Origin: an uncultured Solirubrobacterales bacterium
Lineage (GTDB): Bacteria; Actinomycetota; Thermoleophilia; Solirubrobacterales; Solirubrobacteraceae
Direction of reading: 5' to 3'
Assembly: GCA_963837655.1 (NCBI GenBank)
Contig: CAWIOK010000013.1
Location: 54,078 to 78,077 of the forward strand
Length of the DNA: 24,000 nucleotides
How positions within the stretch are numbered: position 1 is the stretch's first letter; the number at the start of each line of letters is the position of its first letter. Shown piece after piece: positions 8,814-15,578 of this stretch. Under the pieces are notes generated by a model that was given only the letters and a program-made list of their open reading frames with translations, was not told where the DNA came from and searched no databases. The translations under genes were made by a program, and so were the position numbers.

Positions 8814-8989
8814 CATGGCGAGACCCGGACTCGAACCGGGGACACCACGATTTTCGTGGCAGTCCTCGAGGGTTTCGGGTGTCTCGGTCTGACCGCACTT
8901 TGACCTGCAAACGCAGCTGTTCTAGCTCCCGGTCGAGTCCGGCGATCTCGGGCCGTCTCGGTCGGTTCTGTTCGCAGGATGTTCGCACG
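8814..8989 (-). repeat. ~176-bp direct repeat, copy 1 (att-like: tRNA-Phe 3' segment plus conserved arm)
   Basis: Aligns by eye with 16253-16427. The first ~42 nt are identical and the rest is roughly 85-90% identical with one 1-nt indel. It contains an internal repeated 9-mer GTCTCGGTC at 8881-8889 and 8955-8963. Confidence 0.85.
8816..8855 (-). other. 3'-terminal 40 nt of a tRNA-Phe(GAA) (anticodon loop to discriminator); not an intact tRNA
   Basis: The minus strand reads GAAAATCGTG-GTGTC-CCCGG-TTCGAGT-CCGGG-TCTCGCC-A. That corresponds to GAA anticodon/loop, 3' anticodon stem, 5-nt variable loop, T-arm with TTCGAGT loop, 3' acceptor strand and discriminator A. The matching 5' acceptor GGCGAGA and D-arm are absent upstream. 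Confidence 0.75.
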
Positions 8990-9192
8990 CATGCGCGAGT
9001 CAGGTGGGCGCTCCCTCCTCCAGGAGCGCATACACCGGTACCTCATCACCGTGCTCTCGTGCTTGTCCGCCCGGCGCGCCAACGCGGGGTCGACAATCCA
9101 GCTGGCCGGGCTCCTGTGCATCGCCGCGGGATGCGGTTCCGCAAGCGGTTTACGATCCGACTCCGACCCCGAGTCACGTCCTGGGACTGACT

Positions 9193-9522
9193 GTGGCCAA
9201 GTCCGAACTCGACTTCGTCGCGGTGTTTCGCAGGAACGGAACTTCGCCTGAGTGGCCGTTAGTCGCGCGCGACCCGAACGAACTCGAGTTCAAGCTGACG
9301 GCGGGTGGCCACTTCGTTCCGCTTCCAAAGGAGCCGGCCGCGCTCGCGAACATCCTGGAAGTCTCGCTTGTCGACTTCGTCCTCGAGCGCCTCAACGACG
9401 AGGACGACGCTGAGGCGCAGCGCGCGACCGAGCGCGGATATCCGGATTTCGCGGTCACAGGGTCCCGATTCGTGTGCTTGCCTTTCGGCTTCCCATGCCG
9501 CTGGATAACGTCCTGGAAGTAG
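9193..9522 (+). CDS. hypothetical protein, probably truncated (lower-GC patch next to the repeat)
   Basis: From in-frame GTG 9193: AKSELDFVAVFRRNGTSPEWPLVARDPNELEFKLTAGGHFVPLPKEPAALANILEVSLVDFVLERLNDEDDAEAQRATERGYPDFAVTG has good GC3 bias, then degenerates into SRFVCLPFGFPCRWITSWK-stop. The track N-terminal extension from 9004 looks non-coding. No family recognised. Confidence 0.35.
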   Translation: MAKSELDFVAVFRRNGTSPEWPLVARDPNELEFKLTAGGHFVPLPKEPAALANILEVSLVDFVLERLNDEDDAEAQRATERGYPDFAVTGSRFVCLPFGFPCRWITSWK

Positions 9523-9785
9523 GGGTAACCGGACGGCGTCTGGAGGATGTGGCGCGCCTTCGCTGTCCGTCCTGACCTACCGGACGATCGCGCTGTCGAA
9601 CTGGCTCTCCGCGCGAAGACGATCACCTTGGGGGTGGGCACGCGTCCACGACGAGCGCCTCGTGCAGGGACGCTTCGACGGTGGACACGCTCGGGCTGCT
9701 GGTGGGACCGACCGCGCGATCCGGCGCCCCCGAGCTCTCGGATCAGGCTCCGGGGTCAGCGGGGCACCATGCAGCGCAGCGACGT

Positions 9786-10688
9786 TCAGGCGTCGGCGCT
9801 CGAGCGCTCGAGCGCCGCAATGAGCTGCAGCGTCTTCTCGTCGTCGAAGTTGCCGTGTTCGCGGGCGAGGATGAGGCCCGAGCGGTCGACGAGCAGGACA
9901 CCGATCGTGTCCGTGCCGGGCAGTCCCAGCTCGCGCACGGCCTTCCCGACGTCTGTGTAGACCGTGATCGTCCGGGCGCGGGCGGCGTCGGTCCCGACGC
10001 CGCGCGCCATGCCGCCGTCGATGAACCACCGGGCGGGCGAATACGCGGATGAGAGGACCGGCAGCTCGAGGACGGCGACGTCCGGGCGGCGCTCCTCCAG
10101 GTCGATCAGCCATGGAAGCCATTCGTCGACGAGCGCCTGGTGCTCACGGCGGAACGCGGCGACGATGAACGTGCGCCGCGCGCGCAGGTCGTCGGGCAAC
10201 CGGTGGTGACTGCCGTCGAGGCCCCGTCCCGACAGAGGCGGCAGCCGTCCCGGCCGGAGACTGCCGAGCGTCTCGCGCAGGCCTTCGAGGGCACGATCCC
10301 CGACGCGCTTGAAGGCGAGCCCGAGGAGCGGATCGGCGAACCGCAGTGGCCCCTTCAGGGCGAGGTCCGCGTCGTACGTGACCCGCGTGCCTCCATCGGT
10401 CGGCTCGAAGGTGATCCGGTCGAGCGAGACGACCGTCGCGTTCTCGCCCCGCAGCGTGACTGCTTCGCCCGGCTCAAATTCGACGATCCGGTAGGTGAGC
10501 GCGGCCTTGCGGCCGAGGAAGTCCGCCACGACGCGGAACTCCGTCCCCTCGCCGACCGGAGCATCGCCGAGCCGCTCCGCCTCGACGACGCCCGGATCCC
10601 ACTCCTCCGTCGTGGAGAAGTCGCTCAGGTACGCGAACGTCTCGGCCGGCGGACGCGGCGTTTCGATGCTTGCGGTGTAGCGGGCCAT
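9786..10688 (-). CDS. SRPBCC (START/polyketide-cyclase-like) domain protein with C-terminal extension
   Basis: N-terminal half MARYTASIETPRPPAETFAYLSDFSTTEEWDPGVV..GTEFRVVADFLGRKAALTYRIVEFEP.. is typical of SRPBCC ligand-binding domains. The C-terminal ~140 aa (TFIVAAFRREHQALVDEWLPW...ITVYTD...) is unassigned. Confidence 0.8.
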   Translation of the reverse strand: MARYTASIETPRPPAETFAYLSDFSTTEEWDPGVVEAERLGDAPVGEGTEFRVVADFLGRKAALTYRIVEFEPGEAVTLRGENATVVSLDRITFEPTDGGTRVTYDADLALKGPLRFADPLLGLAFKRVGDRALEGLRETLGSLRPGRLPPLSGRGLDGSHHRLPDDLRARRTFIVAAFRREHQALVDEWLPWLIDLEERRPDVAVLELPVLSSAYSPARWFIDGGMARGVGTDAARARTITVYTDVGKAVRELGLPGTDTIGVLLVDRSGLILAREHGNFDDEKTLQLIAALERSSADA

Positions 10689-10863
10689 GAGCTTTCTCCC
10701 ATCTGTGTGCGCGTGGGTCGGCGGTCGTCCCAGAAGCCGCAGGAACTCCCGCTCGGCTCGGCAGCCGCGCCGAGCCAGGCGATCGTGTCCCTTCCGGGTC
10801 GCGGGCCGCGTAGCAGCGGCCCGGTCGGCCGGATGGGGGCGGGCGGTGCAGCGCGCACGTTCG

Positions 10864-11715
10864 CTAGACGGACACCTCCTCGGCGGCCTCGATCGGGCCT
10901 CCGTCGAGCAGTCGAGCCCCCGATCGCTCGGCCAGCTCGGCGTCGGCGCCGGCGCCGGCCAGCAGGACGGGCCGCGCGGCGGCCATCCGGGCGATCTCGG
11001 TCACGGCGGCAAGGAGCGGCTCGCGCGTCAGCGAGGAGACCACGACCACGTCGGGCGCGAGCTGATCGGCCGCGGCTGCGATCGTCTCGATCGGCGTGTC
11101 GGACCCGAGGAACGTCACGCGCCAGCCGCGCTCGCGCAGCGCGAGGCCGAGGATGATGAGCCCGAGGTCGTGGCGCTCGCCTGACGGGCAGGCGAGCAGC
11201 GCGCGAGGACCGGTGCCGCGGTCCCAGCCGCGCGCCAGACCCAGCAGCCGCGCACGCAGCACGCCCGTGGCGAAGTGCTCTTGCGCCACGGAAGCGTCGC
11301 CGTTGCTCCAGCGCTCGCCGAGCGTGCGCAGGTAGGGCAGGACGGCCGTCGCGGCGACGGCCTCGATGCTGAACGTCGCCACGAGCCGATCGAAGGCAGC
11401 CTGTGCGCCCGCATCGTCGAACCCGTCGAGCGCCGACCACAGCGCTGCGGCGAGATCCGCCGGAACGCCGTCGTGACGCGCAGCCGCCGGCGCGTCGCGG
11501 GCGAGTCGCGCCGCCTCGGCGGCCGACAGCCCCTGCGCGAGGTGGGCTCGCATCGATCGCACGCGCGCCTCGTCGTCTGCGGAGTACAGCCGGTAGCCGC
11601 TCGCGGTACGCGACGGCTCGAGGAGCGCGTAGCGGCGCTCCCACGCGCGGAGGAGGTCAGCGCTGACGCCGGAGCGCCGCGCCAGCTCACCGATGCGAAG
11701 CGTGCCGTCGGCCAT
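10864..11715 (-). CDS. CarH/LitR-type MerR-family regulator with adenosylcobalamin-binding photoreceptor module
   Basis: MerR HTH LRIGELARRSGVSADLLRAWERRYALLEPSRTASGYRLYS. The W-x9-EH signature is intact (RWSNGDASVAQEHFATG), followed by a Rossmann B12 domain with E-x-H-x-x-G (PSGERHDLGLIILGLAL). Preferred start is ATG 11715 (MADGTLRIGEL); alternatives are 11727 and TTG 11751. Confidence 0.85.
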   Translation of the reverse strand: MADGTLRIGELARRSGVSADLLRAWERRYALLEPSRTASGYRLYSADDEARVRSMRAHLAQGLSAAEAARLARDAPAAARHDGVPADLAAALWSALDGFDDAGAQAAFDRLVATFSIEAVAATAVLPYLRTLGERWSNGDASVAQEHFATGVLRARLLGLARGWDRGTGPRALLACPSGERHDLGLIILGLALRERGWRVTFLGSDTPIETIAAAADQLAPDVVVVSSLTREPLLAAVTEIARMAAARPVLLAGAGADAELAERSGARLLDGGPIEAAEEVSV

Positions 11716-11731
11716 GCCGGCGAGCATAGCT

Positions 11732-11764
11732 CTTGGACAAACTCTGTGCAAACACTTGACACAA
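11732..11764 (+). promoter_or_regulatory. three 11-bp-phased direct repeats (TnnACA cores), CarH/LitR operator candidate, array A
   Basis: CTTGGACAAAC / TCTGTGCAAAC / ACTTGACACAA occupy 11732-42, 11743-53 and 11754-64. The cores TGGACA, TGTGCA and TTGACA are exactly 11 bp apart. The third core is also a perfect -35-like TTGACA (11756-11761) facing the + strand genes. Confidence 0.55.
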
Positions 11765-11783
11765 CTCCGCGACGCGTGATTAG

Positions 11784-11812
11784 CTGTTCAGGGCTTGTCC
11801 AATGTTTGTCCA
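11784..11812 (-). promoter_or_regulatory. three 11-bp-phased direct repeats in inverse orientation, operator candidate, array B
   Basis: On the + strand, CTGTTCA (11784-90), TTGTCCA (11795-801) and TTGTCCA (11806-12). On the minus strand these read TGAACA, TGGACA and TGGACA at 11-bp spacing. The outermost repeat mirrors the first repeat of array A. The array overlaps ATG 11802. Confidence 0.5.
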
Positions 11813-12926
11813 TACATCTCCTTCGAGAGGAAGGTCATGCGCCACCACCACCACCACCGCCCGCCGCGGCGCTGCCGGGTTCGTCGCCGGAGTTGCCGCT
11901 CTGGCACTCGTGGCCGCGCCGGCCGGCGCGCGTACCGCTGCCGCCGCCGGCGTCGGCGACGTGTCCAACACGGCTGCCCTGAAGAAGGCGGGTGACACGC
12001 GGCTGACCCTTGACAAGAAGACCGGCGAGGCGCTCACGTCGCTGGGCATCAGGGTCGCGCCGGTGAATCCGTCGCGGGTTGCCGCGGGTGCCGTCGTGTT
12101 CCCCATCACGAGTGGATCGGTCGATCCGAAGCTCTCCGACGGGGCACTGATCAACCACTCAGGCGGCCTGCGGCTCACCAAGGGCGCCACGACGGTCGCG
12201 CTCCGGAACCTGCGCATCCGCGTCACGAGCTCGCAGGCGACGATCTCTGCCAGGATCGGTACCACCCGCGCGACGATCATCAACCTCGACCTGGCGAAGG
12301 CCAAGGCCACCCGCCCGGCACTGAACCTCCGTCTCAGGAACGTCGGGGTCAAGCTGAACGCGACGGGTGCGTCGGCGCTGAACAAGGCGTTCAAGACGAG
12401 CGCCTTCAAGAGCGGTCTGAAGCTGGGCACGGCGGTCGTCAACGCCCGCTTCGCGCAGTTCATCGTCGAGGGCGGCGACACGAAGCTCACCCTCGATCCC
12501 GGGACGCTCGGTGCGATCACCGGCGCGGGCTACACGCCTGCGATCGTCGCGCCCGCCACGCTCGGCGGGTCGGTGGCGACGTTCCCGATCGTCAAGTCGA
12601 AGATCGCGGCGAACCTGACGTCGGGCGTGATCAGCCACTCGGGCGGTCTGTCGCTGACCAAGCCCGGCACGACGATCAGCGCGACGGACTTCGACATCGA
12701 GCTGTCGGCCAACCCGACGCTCGCGGCCTCTGTCAACGGCGCCCTGCCCAAGGCCGACATCCTGAACCTCGATCTCGCGGACCTGAAGCAGACCGTGGCC
12801 GGCGGGACGGTGACGCTGGACGGCGTCGCCGCGAAGGTCAACACGACGCTCGCCACCGCACTCGGCCTCCCGTCGGCGGACGGCGCCACGCTGGGCACGG
12901 CGGTCGTCACGGCCAACATCCGTTAG
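11802..12926 (+). CDS. secreted protein with two tandem ~150-aa repeats (family not recognised)
   Basis: Signal-like N-terminus ..TARRGAAGFVAGVAALALVAAPAGA. Two homologous units (aa ~67-218 and ~228-374) share LTLD..., FPI..., I(N/S)HSGGL(R/S)LTK, NLDLA and LGTAVV. The start is uncertain (see findings). Confidence 0.75.
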   Translation: MFVHTSPSRGRSCATTTTTARRGAAGFVAGVAALALVAAPAGARTAAAAGVGDVSNTAALKKAGDTRLTLDKKTGEALTSLGIRVAPVNPSRVAAGAVVFPITSGSVDPKLSDGALINHSGGLRLTKGATTVALRNLRIRVTSSQATISARIGTTRATIINLDLAKAKATRPALNLRLRNVGVKLNATGASALNKAFKTSAFKSGLKLGTAVVNARFAQFIVEGGDTKLTLDPGTLGAITGAGYTPAIVAPATLGGSVATFPIVKSKIAANLTSGVISHSGGLSLTKPGTTISATDFDIELSANPTLAASVNGALPKADILNLDLADLKQTVAGGTVTLDGVAAKVNTTLATALGLPSADGATLGTAVVTANIR

Positions 12927-12952
12927 CCGAACCGAGCGCGAAACACGCAGGA

Positions 12953-12980
12953 GCGAGGGCGGCTCGCGGGCGGCCCTCGC
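12953..12980 (+). terminator. GC hairpin downstream of the secreted-protein gene
   Basis: GCGAGGGC (12953-60) pairs with GCCCTCGC (12973-80) around a 12-nt loop, 27 nt after the stop at 12926. There is no U-tract, so it may be only a partial terminator before the heliorhodopsin gene. Confidence 0.35.
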
Positions 12981-13053
12981 TATCGCGTCACGCTGCGCCC
13001 TTCAGAAGCGCTGGTCGCACCGTCGTCCCGGTCCGCGTCCCTAGGCTCCGCAG

Positions 13054-13839
13054 ATGTCCCCGGCCACGCAATCGCAGCTCGACGCGGCGGCGGCCTCCCG
13101 GCTGCGTCGTCTGAACGTCATCGTCGGCTCCGCGCACGCAGTGCAGGCGGTCGTCCTGCTGGCGATCGCGACGGCCGTCTCGCTGCCCATCACGGCGTCG
13201 TTCCTGGTCGGTCCGCCGGGCGCCGGGGACTACGGCTCGGCGAGCATCGGCAGCGTGCGGATCGACTGGCTCGTCGCCGCGTTCCTGTTGCTCGCCGCCG
13301 TCGACCACCTGACCCTGAGCGGCGGACCGCCGCGCCGCTGGTACGAGACGAACGTCGCGCGCGGGATCAACCCGGCCCGCTGGTGGGAGTACTCGCTCAG
13401 CGCGTCGCTCATGATCGTGCTCATCGCGATGCTCTCCGGGGTCACCGAGCTCGTCGCCCTGATCGCCCTGTTCGGGGTGAACGCCGCGATGATCCTGTTC
13501 GGGCTCGTGCAGGAGCGGACGAACGTCGACCGCGAGGAGACCGACTGGCGGCCGTTCGTCTACGGGTGCGTCATCGGCGCCGTGCCGTGGATCGCCATCG
13601 CCGCCCAGCTCGTCGTCTCCACCACCGACGGCAACGGCGTCCCCGGTTTCGTGGTCGCGATCTTCGTCACCCTGTTCCTGCTCTTCAACACGTTCGCGGT
13701 GAACATGTGGCTGCAGTACCGCAGACGCGGCCGCTGGGCGGATCCGGTCTTCGCCGAGCGCGTCTACCTCCTCCTGAGCCTCGTCGCCAAGAGCGCGCTG
13801 GCGTGGCAGGTCTACGCCGGCGCGCTCGCCGGCAGCTGA
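13054..13839 (+). CDS. heliorhodopsin (7-TM retinal protein, inverted-topology rhodopsin family)
   Basis: 261 aa, collinear by eye with the heliorhodopsin reference 48C12 as I remember it: LPITASFLVGPPG, NPARWWEYSLSASLMIVLIA (Glu112 counterion position), ALFGVNAAMILFGLVQE, GAVPWI, VPGFV, LFLLFNTFA, and C-terminal ERVYLLLSLVAKSALAWQVYAG with the Schiff-base Lys (K246, nt 13789-13791). Confidence 0.9.
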   Translation: MSPATQSQLDAAAASRLRRLNVIVGSAHAVQAVVLLAIATAVSLPITASFLVGPPGAGDYGSASIGSVRIDWLVAAFLLLAAVDHLTLSGGPPRRWYETNVARGINPARWWEYSLSASLMIVLIAMLSGVTELVALIALFGVNAAMILFGLVQERTNVDREETDWRPFVYGCVIGAVPWIAIAAQLVVSTTDGNGVPGFVVAIFVTLFLLFNTFAVNMWLQYRRRGRWADPVFAERVYLLLSLVAKSALAWQVYAGALAGS

Positions 13840-13848
13840 CGCGGTCGC

Positions 13849-14247
13849 TCACGACGTCGCGTCCCCCGGGCGCCCGCCGTCGACGGCGATCGCGAGGGCG
13901 TGCTCCCGGGCGAGGGTCGTGAGGCGCGTGGCCTCGGCGAACGGGTCGCCGGTGAGCAGGAGCACGCCGTCCGCCTCCGTGATGCCGCTCGCGGCGGCGG
14001 CGCCGCCGAGGGCGAGGCGCTGGTGGGCGGCGAGGGCCCGCAGCTGGTCGACGACCGGCTGCACGCGCTCGTCGGTCATCGTGCTGAGGACGACCAGGGT
14101 CGGCTGGAGACGGCTGCTCGCGTCGTCGACCGTCTCGATCGGGGCGTCGGGCCCGAGGTAGAGAATGCTCCACCCCTGCGCACGCAGCGCGAGACCGAAG
14201 GCGATGAGGCCGAGGTCGTGTTGCTCGCCGGGCAGGCAGGCGAGGCG
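13849..14247 (-). pseudogene. 5'-truncated second CarH/LitR-like gene (B12-binding Rossmann domain only)
   Basis: In frame with the 76-aa track ORF but lacking any start: ..RLACLPGEQHDLGLIAFGLALRAQGWSILYLGPDAPIETVDDASSRLQPTLVVLSTMTDERVQPVVDQLRALAAHQRLALGG.. aligns with the B12 domain of 10864-11715, including ExHxxG. No MerR HTH or Wx9EH helical bundle is found in any upstream frame. Confidence 0.7.
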
Positions 14248-14675
14248 ATCTCGCCGGGCTCGAGGCGTCGCTCGCTCACGACGTGCACCTGACCGGTGAC
14301 GGGGGCGGCAAGGTTCCGGCGCTCACGCGGCCGCTGCGCGGACGCAACCGCGTCGCGAACGCGCTCATCGGCTGGTCCCGCCGAGCCGGCCGCATCCCGG
14401 GCATGTCGATACGCCCCGTCGAGGTGAACGGGGTCGCCGGAGCGCTCCATCTCGACGCAGGGCAGCGGCTGATCGCCGTCGTGGCGCTCGAGATCGCCGA
14501 CGGCCGGATCACGAGCATCAGCTCGGTCGTCAACCCCGACAAGCTCACGCACCTCGGGCCGGTCGCGGACTTCGCGCGCTGCTCAGGTCGGCGGGATGAG
14601 CGTGTCGATCGCGTCGTCCGCGGGCATGGCGGTCAGACGTGGGCGACGAGCTCGGGCGGGATGCGCCCGGCGTAG
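14244..14675 (+). pseudogene. 5'-truncated SigJ/ECF41-like sigma factor gene (C-terminal SnoaL-like part only)
   Basis: GDLAGLEASLAHDVHLTGDGGGKVPALTRPLRGRNRVANALIGW...IRPVEVNGVAGALHLDAGQRLIAVVALEIADGRITSISSVVNPDKLTHLGPVADF matches the C-terminal extension of SigJ-type ECF sigmas as I remember them (..SDGGGK.., ..VNG.PG.., ..NPDKL.HLG). Sigma regions 2 and 4 are absent. Confidence 0.6.
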
Positions 14676-15355
14676 TGGGGCTCCCAGTCGGCGGGCACGC
14701 AGCCCTCGGCCTCCATGCGCGCGAACTCGGCGGCGTCGCGGTCCAGGACCTTGGCCACGGTCGGGCGTGCCTCGCAGCGCCGCCCGTGATCGGTGCACCG
14801 CGGGAACGGTGCGGGATCCATGCCGGACCCGACCGCGCGCCACCACAGGTAGAGCATGTACACGTCGATGACCGACCAGTCGCCGAACAGCCAGTCGCGC
14901 GTCTGCAGGCGCTCCTCCAGGATGGAGAACGCGGCCGCCAGCTCCTCGCGCGCGTGCAGCCGGATGCCCTGCCACTCGGCGGGATCCTCCGACGTCGTGA
15001 AGCGCCCCGGGAAGCGGTGCCGCGCCACCGCCGGGTGCAGCCCGCTGGCGAACCACGCCATCATCTCCGCCGCGGCCGTCTCCGTGCGCTCGTCGCCCGC
15101 GGGCAGCAGCCCGGCCTGCGGGAACCGGCGGTCCAGGACCCGCAGGATCACCGGGTTCTCGGTGATCACCCAGTCGTCGAGCCGAAGCGCCGGCACCTTG
15201 CCCTTCGGGTTGACCGCCCTGAACTCCGGCGACTGCATCTCGCCCTTGAAGGCGTTGAGCGTCTGCACCTCGAACGGCTCGCCGATCTCCTCCAGCGCGA
15301 CGTAGACGACCCGCGCGCAGGTGCCCGGCCGCCAGAACAGGGTGATCGAGGTCAT
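14633..15355 (-). CDS. glutathione S-transferase family protein
   Basis: ATG 15355 (MTSITLFWRPGTCARVVYVALEE..) is preferred over the track start at 15406. It has a thioredoxin-like N-domain with NPKGKVPAL and a helical C-domain (..DWLFGDWSVIDVYMLY..). Confidence 0.85.
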   Translation of the reverse strand: MTSITLFWRPGTCARVVYVALEEIGEPFEVQTLNAFKGEMQSPEFRAVNPKGKVPALRLDDWVITENPVILRVLDRRFPQAGLLPAGDERTETAAAEMMAWFASGLHPAVARHRFPGRFTTSEDPAEWQGIRLHAREELAAAFSILEERLQTRDWLFGDWSVIDVYMLYLWWRAVGSGMDPAPFPRCTDHGRRCEARPTVAKVLDRDAAEFARMEAEGCVPADWEPHYAGRIPPELVAHV

Positions 15356-15578
15356 CGTCGCGCTCCGATCGTCGTCGGTGATGTCCGCGGGCCGGCGCTG
15401 TCGCACGTGCTCCGCGTCACATGCACCGATATCACGATCTCGTCGCCAGCGTCATGCGCGTCGCCTGGCGGCGACCGGCGAACGCCCGCGCCGCCGGGGA
15501 ACGGGCCGAAGGCGATCCGCAGCCGCTATCGCGCCGGCCGACGCCGGAAGCGGAGGGCGCGGCGCCGGTGGTCCCGGC

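Noticed and set aside
8816-8888. Possible intact tRNA genes at 8816-8888 and 16255-16326 (minus strand; 73 and 72 nt, with GAA in the anticodon register)
   Set aside because: Only the 3' 40 nt fold as a tRNA. The candidate 5' acceptor strand (ACCGAGA) pairs at just 5 of 7 positions with TCTCGCC, there is no D-arm (GCTCAG..GAGC), and the anticodon stem does not pair. They are treated as tRNA-Phe 3' fragments.
8749-8988. N-terminal extension of the P-loop ATPase ORF up to GTG 8988
   Set aside because: The extension reads through the tRNA-like repeat and is low-complexity. An equivalent spurious ORF (16238-16480) arises from repeat copy 2. ATG 8748 directly precedes the Walker A motif.
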